Shown here piece by piece: positions 35,487-46,118 of a DNA stretch of 46,212 nt. A program made the position numbers and the translations under genes. The number at the start of each line of letters is the position of its first letter. Positions within the stretch are counted from its first letter, which is position 1. The DNA lies in contig DF237612.1 in NCBI GenBank assembly GCA_000708835.1, forward strand, positions 1 to 46,212. The letters are read 5' to 3'. The notes under the pieces were generated by a model that was not told the DNA's origin, searched no databases, and worked only from the letters and a program-made list of their open reading frames with translations. The DNA is from Klebsormidium nitens (taxonomy: Eukaryota; Plantae; Klebsormidiophyceae).

Positions 35487-35956
35487 CGCAGAGCATAAGG
35501 CGCTCAGGCGAGGGGCGGTACTGCGGAATGGAGATGAAGTCGTCGCCTGGTAAAAATGCAAGATGCGATGCAGCAAAAGTTTCGAAGATGTTTGCAGGTT
35601 GCAACTTGCATGAGCTGCTCTTTGAATTTGAACTTGAAGTTGTGCACGTCAGCCAGCTGCCCGGAGGTGGGTTGGAGTCCACAGCCTGACGGGTTTGAAT
35701 ATCGGGTCTACATCGGATCACTGGGTTATATCAGGTTTGGGTAGCTGCCGATCAGAGCCGCAACGCTGCCGGCGTTGATTAGCAAGGCCGCAGCATCTGG
35801 CAGCATTGCCGGTTTCCAAGCTAGGCGTCTGTGACACGTAGTCTTGCGGGTTCATATATTACCGTAGATTTGCGCACTCGGTTAGTTTCACACCGTTAGA
35901 TTAAGAGTATAACGGCCGCCACCCCTGGTTCGAATAACGGATTATGCATACTGCAC

Positions 35957-35980
35957 GCTGATTGGCTGGCGCTGATTGGC
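35957..35980. promoter_or_regulatory. Tandem CCAAT boxes in the divergent promoter between paralogs A and B
   Basis: GCTGATTGGC at 35957-35966 and 35971-35980 (reverse complement GCCAATCAGC, NF-Y-type consensus), roughly midway between the ATGs at 35486 and 36440. Confidence 0.4.
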
Positions 35981-36439
35981 CTTAGCTCCCAGTCTAAGCA
36001 CTATAGCTTAGACTGACTCTCAGCCTAGACTTGAGCTGAGGAGAGTACAAAGGGTGGATTTCCCCACCTCTGCCCTCATTCTCAGACTTCACGGATTTCT
36101 TGTGATTGAGAGGCGCCCTTCTCTTGGAAGCTTATCACCTCCCGACCTCTTGTTGCTAGTATAAGCGGGGATCTTTCCTTGTGAAATTTGCCTCCGTTCA
36201 CAGCGTCTGCCTTACAGTCCAAGACTCTTGCAAGCCTTCTGAAGCGAGCCTATTACAGAAACGCTTTTCCGCCGTAAGTAGGCCGGGTAGATATCTTGAA
36301 TACTGGTTACTTAAACCTCAGACCTGGTCTCCAGCTCAGAACCTGCAGCACTCCACTTAGAAATGGTGTTCGCAGCAAATTTCTAGGCGCTAGGTGCAGT
36401 TCCAAGAAGCTCTGTGAGCTCCGTTCCCCTGTGCTCAGC

Positions 36440-37499
36440 ATGGCCACAGCTCAAGCTTCCCTTTGTGCGACAAGGGGAGCGGCACCACCTTTCAAGCAGG
36501 CAGTTAAGCGGGGCGGCATCAGGAGAAATGAATGCTGGCACCTGGCAGGATGGAAAGGCTGCGCACAACTCCCATCTACTTCAAACAGATGTGGCGCTGC
36601 AAGACTGCAGCGTATCTGCAAGGCTTTTCCAACAAGGCTTATACCTTCAGTGCCCCAATTGCCTCCTTGTGTAGCGCTCACCAGCAACGCCTTGCTTGAG
36701 GGAAGGGACATTGGCATATGTAATCAAAGGCAGGCCGTGGGTGTTCCTTTGATCTATAAGAGGCGGCCAGTGCAAGAAAACGCGCTGTCATCAAAGTTGT
36801 TTAGAAAACCAGTGGTGATCAGGGCAGAGCTTGGGGCTGGCTCCTCGGACATTGGCCCTCAAAGTCCGAGGAGACGATGCATCGAATGCGGGCATCTGAA
36901 GCTGCTGGTAGATTTCAAGCCGACAAAGACAAGCGCTGATGGACTGACGGACTCGTGCAGAGCCTGTCTGGCGGTTTGGTCTGCGAGGCGGCCGCTGTGG
37001 GCATACGAAGGAAGTGCGCGACTTTGTGTTGGACAAGTCGAAGAAAGACAGGCTGTCTCGTTGGTGCCGGGGGTGCCTTTTTGAAAGAGATGCAGTGAAA
37101 CCAAGGTGGGAGCCGCAAGATGGGCCGCAACGGTGTTCACGATGCGAGGAGGTGAAGTCCGCGCCAGAGTTCGATGTTGACAAGAAGCGGCGGAGCGGGC
37201 TCCAGATAGTGTGCAAAATGTGCCGCAAAGACTTGAATAAGAGTGTGACCTTGCGCCGGCAGGCGTTCGCAGGGCACGGGGTTGCTCCAAGGGCCAAGAA
37301 GTTGTGTCGGTCGTGCGACAAGGTCAAGAAACTGGGCGAGTTCTATGTCGATGTGACATCAGCGGACGGCCTCGGATACGCGTGCAAGACGTGCAGTTCG
37401 GCTCAAGCAAGAGCACGGTATCGGGCGAAGAAGAGGAAAGCGGCAGGGCCGCTCAAAGAGGCGGAGGCGTCACCTCCAGTACTTGAGCTGGGTGCATAG
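36440..37499 (+). pseudogene. Frameshifted CX2C-X22-CX2C repeat gene (paralog B)
   Basis: ORF 36296-37084 gives MATAQASL.. and repeat 1 (CIECGHLK..SADGLTDSCRAC). Repeats 2-4 are in another frame (ORF 37014-37499). Relative to paralog A, 68 nt of the repeat 1-2 linker are missing near 36985-36990. An assembly error cannot be excluded. Confidence 0.75.
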
Positions 37500-37619
37500 G
37501 TTTAGTCGGACTCAAGTTACAATCCAGATAGTACTTATGTTGTAGTCACTTCGGGAAAGTGTGAGCACTTCTCGAGCAGCGCCCTCTCGATTGCGTGTGC
37601 GCGCGGGCGCGTGTGCTAG

Positions 37620-39445
37620 CTGGAGGAACTAGACGTGGGCCCCTGCGAGGAGCAAGAGTTGAAGGTGCGGTGGGAGCTGCGGGTGGCTGAGTGCCAAAGG
37701 TGGTGGGGTGTGCAACTGAACAAGGACAAGTGGATCCGTGACCAGGTGGGTCAGTGGGCTAACCCAGAATGGTCTGAGATTTCCAGTCTCAGAACCCTTG
37801 TGCAGAATTAGATGAGTTAGTCTGGCTAAGTAGGTTATCGTGCACTTACAGTCTTGATTTTGTAGGATGGGAAAGAAGTTCGTATTTTGAAATTTTGAGC
37901 TGGTAAGTTGATCAATGTCTACGTGTTAGAGGCCCGTCATCTGTTGAATCTGGAAACTGTACGTCGAGGGGGCAAAGTACTGTGTGACTGGCTGGTTGAT
38001 TGAGTAAGCCTCTCGTACCTTTCGATATCTGTGTTGGCAAATGTGACATCTGTGGGAGGATTGAAAGCCTCGCCTTATGGATCCTCGGATTGCAATGTTT
38101 GAGAGTCGACATCAGAGAGAAAGGGCTGAGGCCAAGGGGCCAGGCTGGGAAAGCACTTCAGCTTTGTGAGTCTCTTCGCTTTTGAAATCATCGGGCTGAC
38201 ATTTTCGCTTCGTAAAATTTCTTGGAGGGATTCGGGTATGCCACTCACTGGATTCTACCCAGACAAAGGCAGGTGATTCTTCTTCGCCAATCAATCATCA
38301 GCTTCGCTCCGCAGAAGTCGGGCTTGGTATCCAGAACAGTGCTTCTCCTATAGAGTACACCCTTCTCTCTTCTTTGGCCAAGCCTTGTCTTCTGTTGATG
38401 GACAAGGCTTGTGTTTCTCCTGTCGACAGACAAAAACTGTAGTTGTGAACACGTTGATCCTCGTGTCAAAGGCCGAAGTTCTCAAAAACGGCGAAGTCAC
38501 TGACGCAGTCGAAGCTGTCCGAGTGTTGGGTATGACTTTGGGTCCCTTTCAGATCGTATTACCCTCCTTGTCAAGTGCAAGTCTCGCGGTTTCTACTGAG
38601 TTGATGGGAACTTTCAATTCTCGACTTGGCAAAGTTTAAGCAGAGTCTCGTTCTCATTTCTTGGAGGTATAGCTGTCCTCTCCCGAACGGCTTACAAACT
38701 TCCTTCCTTCCCTTTTTGACGTCAGGAACGCATGCGCTCCCTCGAGCTCCGGCTCGCGCAGCTGCAGGCGCAGCAGTCCACGTGGCAGGCGGAGAAGCTG
38801 GCCCTGAGTGGCACGTCCAGAAACTAGAGGCGGGAGAGCTGCGCGCGTGGGGAGCGCTCGCACGCGGTTCCAGGCGCAGGCCGAGAGACTCGATCGAAAG
38901 CTGCACCTGAAGGCGCTCGTGAACGCGGTTCTGGAGCGCCAGGTGAGGAGCATCGAACGGCTCGGATCTTTTCTTGGGTCAAACGGACCAATGATATCTT
39001 CGTCGACCTAACATGCGGCCCTTCTCTGGAGCTTCGAGAGCCGTTCACCGATCAAATGTCGCTTTTGAAGATCCCAGTTCTTACTCGATCCACCGTTTGC
39101 TGTCTGTGCATTAAAGGCAGCAACAACTGTCAAAACAGTGCCTTGACCCCCGATCATGGACGCTGAACAGATTCCGTACGTAGATTCTGGACACTAAACG
39201 AATTCCGTCCTCGTCTCCGTGCAGGTCCGGACGCTCGCATACGCTCAGCCGTGGGTCCGCCGTTGGACTCGACTGCGCCTCTGCCACCCCCGCCCCCCCT
39301 GTTTCACCACTGCGTACAAAGAAATGGAGCGACAGGAGATGTTCCGGCTCTGCTCAAGATGTACCATATTGGAAGAAGCTACAAGGCTGACACGTGTCAC
39401 TTGCCAGGCGAACAGAAGGAATTATGGGCTGCTTCGGGACTTTGA
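37620..39445 (+). pseudogene. Spliced coiled-coil-like gene remnant with frameshifts
   Basis: Exon-like blocks with AG/GT ends: 37620-37745 (LEELDVGPCEEQELKVRWELRVAECQRWWGVQLNKDKWIRDQ), 38726-38942 (ERMRSLELRLAQLQAQQSTWQAEKLAL / EWHVQKLEAGELRA / RFQAQAERLDRKLHLKALVNAVLERQ, needing two 1-nt frameshifts) and 39225 onward (VRTLAY.. then GPPLDSTAPLPPPPP after another shift). No start codon identified. Confidence 0.55.
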
Positions 39446-40944
39446 TCAATTCATCCATCGAGAACGGCAATTGCTAAACGTGCAGAATTCTTTTTTACCG
39501 TACGTCCTTTCATCAATGATAAAAAGAAAAGACCCCGGAAGAGCAGGGATATTAGAATAGGAAGCTAGTGGATATGTAGATTACGGTTTGCTTTTCACTC
39601 ATTGTCCGAAAGTTCAACCAAGCTAGAAAGCTCTCAGGCCAAGTCGCGTCACCATATACAGTGCCCGTCATGGTGGACCAGCATGCCGGGCCAGCGCTCA
39701 GGCTGCGCATGGCTTACGTGCCCATATGATCATTGATAGTTGAAAAATTAAAGGACATCATTGATAGTTGGAATGTTATTTGCAGTGTTGGTACGCACGC
39801 ACCTATAGTGAGTGCACTGCCTATGGACTCGGACGTATCTTATATAGTCGCATGCGGCCGCAAGTCAGGGCACGGATATGTTGATGCGCATGATCTGAAC
39901 TTTGAAGATCAACCGTGGCGGTGTGACGCAAATTAACTGCAGGGTCTCCGCTAAAGAAAGGGGCACACTGCCGCCGCCGCCGCCGGCAGTGCACTATGCA
40001 CATCAGCCGTATTCACCGGCACTCTGCGGAGCCTCTCATGTTGCATCATGCTCACGCTTACATAGTTGGTGAGTGGCCATGAACAAGAAGGATGCACTTC
40101 CAAGGCGCCTTACTTCTCCATCCCTCTTCCTTGGGTCCATTGGAATTCGGAATAATGAACAGTCCTATCCGGAATCACAATATGTTCTGTACTCTGTGGA
40201 CGGGATTGCCGACCAGTGTCACTTACCTACCTTATCCGGAGGTAATTACGTGCATTCCCGTCGACGCCGACCGGGGGTTTATAAGGTTTACCGAAGAGGG
40301 GCGGCCGCGCTCGAGCGATCGTGCCCCATCCTTTGCGGCAAAGCCATAATATTTCACAGCGGCTCTGGTCCATTCGGAAATTTTAAATACGTGTATACAG
40401 TGAACTTGCAATTGACCATATATGTCAGTTGCGAGTTGTATGTAGTCTTCAATACTCTAGCTTGTACTTGTATGCACTCAATCACAATCATTAGAGTATA
40501 TACTAGCTTGCACCTGACATGCACTAGCTAGCTCCGCCGCGACAGCTGGCATGCAGTGTACGGCCTACGGCGGGTATAAGGGATCAAGCGACGGTAATGC
40601 ACGCATATGTAATATGCAACATTTGAACGGTCAAACTTGAAAGCTACAAGTTGGCATCAAAGATCGACTCTGGCATGTCCGGGCCCAATGCTGATAGAGG
40701 ATCGATGGGTTCATGCTGCGGCACCTTAGACACCGTGTCACGATGTGCGCACTGAAGTACGCTATGCATACTATAAAAAACATCTGAATCCATCTCGTAG
40801 CGCAAGCATTAATCCAATCCTGTTGGACAGCACCGACGCCAAGTAACGTGTAAATGAAAACATGCGGGAGTGGTGCCGGTATGGACAAGAAAGTCACAAA
40901 AGCCTGGACTCTTTTTCCGAATGTCACGCGGTCCCATTTTGGCT

Positions 40945-41484
40945 TCATTTAGGCTTGATATGATTGACGGTTGATGTGCTCAAGAATCGAAGTGTCCTGA
41001 TTTCCGTAGTCCTTTCTTCGCTTCCCCTGCTTTTTCGGATGTCCTTCCGGCCCATCGCAAGCGCATCGTCCAGCAACTTTTCCAGTACCCTCGTCTTTTT
41101 ACTGCTTCCAACCCCCTCCCCATTTGCTGCCCAAGCACCCCCCTGTTCTCCGTTTGCACTCGACTCTCCGGCCGCTGGTTCTCCGTTCTCCCCCTCCGCT
41201 TCTTCTTCCTGTGCCTCTAGTTCTTTGTCCTTTCTTCTCGCCCATTTCTTCCGTCTCTGATTCTCTTGCCCCCTTGTCGTACGTACTCCCTGACTGCCCA
41301 GCCTGCTTTTCGTCCGGGGATCCCTCATCGCCCTCGCCAGTGACGTCAGCGCCTTCGTCGTCCGACTCCTCCGCCGCGTCTCCGTCTGGCGCCTGCCCTT
41401 CGTCCAGTACCCGCCTGCCACGTGGCAGGCTCTCCTCTTCGGCGGCTTCGTCGATCTCCCCGTAGCGGCGGACTCGCCATTCGC
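40945..41484 (-). pseudogene. Degenerate acidic/charged coding remnant
   Basis: After acceptor ttgtccag (41485) one frame reads EWRVRRYGEIDEAAEEESLPRGRRVLDEGQAPDGDAAEESDDEG... and then switches to KDKELEAQEEEAEGENGEP..KTRVLEKLLDDALAMGRKDIRK; one frameshift is needed. No family recognised. Confidence 0.35.
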
Positions 41485-44111
41485 CTGGACAAATCCATAA
41501 CGAGATTCACGTTAAAGAAGCGAACGCTGCTGAAAAAGTACCACAGCATTCAGATGCTAATAGATTCAACTGGTAGTGGACAACTGTCTTCGACCTCGCT
41601 TCTCGAGACGCCATTGCAAAACGTGTCCGCTCAGTGCACGCAAAAACCCCTTAGCTTGGTGACGTCAGGGGCTGTACCAGGTTATACCCAAGAAGAATCG
41701 GTAGGACGGCTTGGCGTTCCACGTGAGCGGGGACAAGCTGAATGAAGGAAGCGAAGGACTAAACCATGAAAGATCTTTGTTTGGAAACGCCCTGCACGTT
41801 GCATGAAAGCTTATCACGGGCCTCAAAAACCGACACTTTCAAGGGGATGGAGCTGGTTTTTAGGCTTTAAAAGGGGGTCCCCTGAGGACGTGAGAAGCGG
41901 CAAAAGTAAAGGAGCCCATTGTGCGCAGGTCTTACATGGACAAGGCTGAAAGCGGAGGATGCAAACCCCCAAAGACACAGCGACACAAAATCAACTGGCG
42001 GAGAGAACAGACCGCCTGTTGCAATAGTGTATTTCTCAGAGCGGCTCTTCAAAAGCACGCATCCGAAGCGGCCCTCGAACCTTCTCTGAAGGGTGCGCTG
42101 GGGAGAAAACCCAAACCAAGCCTGATCCGCAGTGCCTCTCCGCAAACACACAATCTAGATCAGCTTCGTGAAGAACCGTGCATGGGTCTGATGAACACTT
42201 CGATAAACGTACGTGCCTATGTATATCGTCCACGCAGATTTCACAAGTGTTTTGCTGAAGTTTGCCGCACTCTCGGGCAAGCGTAGTACGCCTCAGTACG
42301 CTTCAACAGCAGCGAAAAGGTCGGGCACTATGGTTCCAAAACCGAAGTCGGGCATGACTGGGGCCATGAAACGAAACCGACAAAAACTAATTTGCCCCAA
42401 ATTCGCGTAAGGGCGACCTTCGACTTTATAAAGGGCTAAGCGGATGAAGCAGGTTGGCTAGTTGCCAACCAAAAGCTCTCGAAGAAAGGTGAGCCCAGCA
42501 ATTGGCAATTTCCTTTTACTTGCCTTAGCGAGCTGCCATATTAGTCAAGAGACTCAATACGCCTGGGCGACTTGAAATTTCAAAGCGAGCAGGTAATAAG
42601 CTGCAAAATGCTCAGCATCCCGGACTGTCAAGGACGTCATTTAACCTCTTACAGTGATGCAAGCGGTTCCTCAGAGTGCGTCATGGCAGCGGGACTTAGG
42701 CGCAGAGTATGCAGATTCCCATAAAAGATCAAGGGTATACTCTGGAAGGGAGAATGGGGGATACAACCAAACATATAAGGTACTACTCACATTGTGCCAC
42801 TTGTCTCCATCCAGCGAGGCGAGATGCGTCGTACATCAGCTCTGCAAGAACGAAGGTGGGTAGATAGTCAGACTGGGACAACTGCCGCACGACGTCATGC
42901 TGATCAAGCAACCCGGGTTTGGTCCTGGTCTCACTATTCAGAAAAGTGGTTAAAGTCAAGCTCGGGTCTGTGTAAGAGTCGAAGGTGGATCTATGATAGA
43001 CCATCGTGGGCAGGGGGAAAAATTGGCTACAATTGCATCGATGACTGCACCACCGAAAAGCTTCGTGCCAGCTCTAACAAGCTTTGGACTCACAATGCAA
43101 CGGAACTGGCCCAAAAGTGCACACGATTCGGCTCTTAAAGTAGTGACTGACGCTAAGTTGCTCTCTGCCCTATGATGACATCTGCTCAGACATCGCACTA
43201 TCAACAACAAAGCGGGGATATTTCGGAGCGACGTACAGAGTCAAACTGGCAATTGAACTCTGAGGGGTCATTTTTCTTTCAAGAATATGAAATACATACC
43301 ACCTGAAAGCAGACAAAACAATGGACAAGATTCCTCCAGGTGTCCGCTGAGGAACGCGCTCGTACGTTTCGAAAGCAAAAGCAACAAGTTTACAGAGTGA
43401 GTACCTTCCAAGGCACTTCATTCAGAACCAGACCCAGCAAAGACCAGGAACATACAATTGAGGGCGAAGTCCCGCTCTCAAGCTGCCAATCAATCTTTGA
43501 CTACTTCAGTGCTGACATTAGCGTTTGGGCAAAAAGTCTCCTTCTCAAGGAGCTAGCGGTAATAGGAGCCTTTCGCGCTGGTCTTAAGCATTCCTCAGGA
43601 CAAAACCGCTTCGCCAGAAGGCCCAGAAATAAGACTCAGTCTGCAATAGACAGAGTCTGCTGCATGGCGTTCTGTCAGAAGCCCTGTTGCAACGAGGCCT
43701 TTCGTCGGCTGTGCACCGTCTCCCTGTAGAGTATTACGGTAAACCCGCTTTCTTCAACCAGGAACAATCATTGTTGATGCCTAAGCTACAAGACATGCAC
43801 TGTCAGGATCAAAAGCCTCGGCACAGTCTCTTACCATGTTTGAGAGTTGAGCGGCCACCAAACACAGTGGCCCCGCCCCTCCTTGTGACTCCGGCCCCTT
43901 CCGCATCCTTATCTTCCTGCATCGTTCGTCTTCTTGTCACCTTCCGCACTCTCATTGAATCTGCCCCTTGAGTCTCTCAGCACCCCGGGGACTTCCCTCC
44001 CCTGCGTTTTCGAGCCCGTTAACGTTCGCCCCTTCGGCGCATCCCCCTGGTTTCTCACCTCTCCTTCTCTTTTTCCGCACCCCCCGCCCATCTGATTGCC
44101 TCATCCGTTCT

Positions 44112-45272
44112 CTATGCCTTCTTTTCTTCAAGCACGTCTGGATTATTTTTAACCTCAACTTCAGCCAGAGCTTTGGCTGCTGCCCGTCTTTGCTCCTTCC
44201 ACCGCGCAAAGTATGCGGTCGTACACGGCTTGCACATGTACGAGAGGCCATCGGCCGGGCCCTTGCGCCGATGATAGTGCTCGGCCGCCTTCTCCTCACC
44301 ACAGGCCGTGCATCGCTTTTTGCTCCTCACAAACGCCCCATCCTTAGACTCCCGCCGCCGTGCATTCAACTCTCTTGTCACCTCGTTCACGCACTGGCTG
44401 CACTCCCTGCGCCGCCCTGTCGGGCTCTTCTTGTTTGCATGAAATTCAGTTGCTGGCTTGACAAGCCCACACTGCCAGCACTTTTGAGGTTCGTCAGTTG
44501 GCTCCCTGTCGCGCTTCGCTGCCTGGTGCGCAGATACACACCCGCGGCAATACTTGCTCAAGCAATCTTTCTTGCTGCGATTGACACCGAAGTCGCGCGC
44601 TTCCTTGATTTGCCCACACCCAATGCACGTCTTGGCGCGCTCCCACGATTCTGCGACACTCAAATCAAGGTGATAGAGGCTTTTTCCGGCGCGCTTTGCC
44701 CGGGAGGCGGCCGTGCATGCTCGGCACACATCGTAGCGCCCGTCGGAGCTGGTTGTTGTCCCTTCAAAATCTACCAGCGGCTTTGTGTGCCGGCACTCGG
44801 TGCATTGCTTGATATCCCCCGCCTCGCTCCCTTCAATCAAATCAGGGCCACGATTGGAATCATAGCCGGTGTCTATAGAGCTCAGCCCTGTTGTCTCCCC
44901 AGGTGATGCACGCTCTTTCAGTGACAAAATTTGCTCCTCAAGTTGACTGGCCTGCCCATCGTCACTGAGAGGAATGTCGACTGTCCTCCCTCGAGTGCTA
45001 GCAAGTTTTCCTCTCCAAGGGAAAGAAGGTTTCGTTCCTGCAACACTGCTGCCAGCAGACCAACCACGAAACAATTGCCGGTGAAAGAAGGAAGATTCTC
45101 CCAGAGCAGCTTCCAACGTTGACCGTCTGCTTTTTGTCACGCAGCAAAGCAGCTGCCGCTGGCCTCGTGGGCACCACTGCCCCTCGCGCTTGTTGCAATC
45201 GCTTCCAGCTGCCCACTTGGAGACTGGTGGCGCCGACAAATTGCTGCAGAGCAAAGGCTGACCTGTTGCCAT
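44112..45272 (-). CDS. Intronless four-repeat CX2C-X22-CX2C putative zinc-finger protein with transit-peptide-like N-terminus (paralog C), 386 aa
   Basis: Part of ORF 44112-45398; the start at 45272 (MATGQPLL..) is homologous to A and B. Four repeats in 44223-44804; repeat 1 matches A at 22 of 30 residues. Linkers SVAESWE.AK and REP.DEP.KC are shared with A. Confidence 0.85.
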   Translation of the reverse strand: MATGQPLLCSNLSAPPVSKWAAGSDCNKREGQWCPRGQRQLLCCVTKSRRSTLEAALGESSFFHRQLFRGWSAGSSVAGTKPSFPWRGKLASTRGRTVDIPLSDDGQASQLEEQILSLKERASPGETTGLSSIDTGYDSNRGPDLIEGSEAGDIKQCTECRHTKPLVDFEGTTTSSDGRYDVCRACTAASRAKRAGKSLYHLDLSVAESWERAKTCIGCGQIKEARDFGVNRSKKDCLSKYCRGCVSAHQAAKRDREPTDEPQKCWQCGLVKPATEFHANKKSPTGRRRECSQCVNEVTRELNARRRESKDGAFVRSKKRCTACGEEKAAEHYHRRKGPADGLSYMCKPCTTAYFARWKEQRRAAAKALAEVEVKNNPDVLEEKKA

Positions 45273-45679
45273 TGCGAAGCAGAGGGCCGTGTTGCGTGGG
45301 GCGCTTGGACACGAACCTGCGCCACCACCCTTCTGTTCAGAAGTCTTGAAGGTTGTATGATTTGTCAACACACCACAGCTCATCGCGGAGTGCGCCATAC
45401 CGGGTCGTCAAATGCCATTGCAAGCTGGCTGGAAAACAGGAGTAAGGACTGGGTGACAAACACAGCTTGATGGGTTTGGATAACTTGCCTGGGAGGAACC
45501 GATTAAATCGTAGTGATGTCAGCACCGGCCTGCCGGTTTTCGAGCTGGATGTCTGCCTGTTCGAAGCCCTTGGTAGGTTCAATGTGTGGGCGTGCCGGTT
45601 ACACGAACGTTTTGCCGTCTCCGACCAAGACATGGATATTGTAATCTCAAGGTAATATACCTAGGAAATCAGAGACTTA

Positions 45680-46118
45680 GGGCCTGTTCGCATGCCGCCA
45701 AGATCGACACATTTTCGAGTGGGTTGACTTTGGTTTGGGCTGTACGATTTCGGTACGGACGGATCGCTTGAAAACAGTGTTTTCGACGAGGCGTTCGATA
45801 GAGTGTTGGCAAGCCCAATGATTGAGCCCCAAAAAATGCATTTAAATTGCAAGGGAAAAAGATGGAAAATACAAAGCCCCTACCGGGCCTTGGCAGTCGG
45901 CATATTTAGACCATACAAGTGCTCGGTATGGAATGTTGGGACCAACAGATTCTGATAGGTGCCCCCGACCAGCAGGCAGATTCTGTTGGTTTTGATGGGA
46001 CGATCGCGCGATCGAATTGTACCTTTCCAACTTTTGGCGAAGTGTTGATCACACGCGGTGATGGGTTGCGGCCAAAACCGCCAGAATCTGTCGATTTTGG
46101 CTGCATGCGAACAGGCCC
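45680..46118. mobile_element. PIF/Harbinger (Tourist-like) MITE, 439 bp
   Basis: 34-nt terminal inverted repeats GGGCCTGTTCGCATGC(C/A)GCCAA(G/A)ATCGACA(C/G)ATT with 3 mismatches. TTA target-site duplication at 45677-45679 and 46119-46121. No transposase ORF. GGGCC termini with TTA/TAA duplications are characteristic of PIF/Harbinger elements. Confidence 0.85.

Noticed and set aside
36296-36439. Longer N-termini from upstream in-frame starts in the ORF track (also 35487-35576 and 45273-45398)
   Set aside because: The three paralogs align only from the MA(A/T)(A/G)Q methionine; the upstream extensions share no similarity.
43968-44906. 312-aa plus-strand ORF, and similar ones at 34219-35007
   Set aside because: Antisense shadows of the zinc-finger paralogs with no independent motif.
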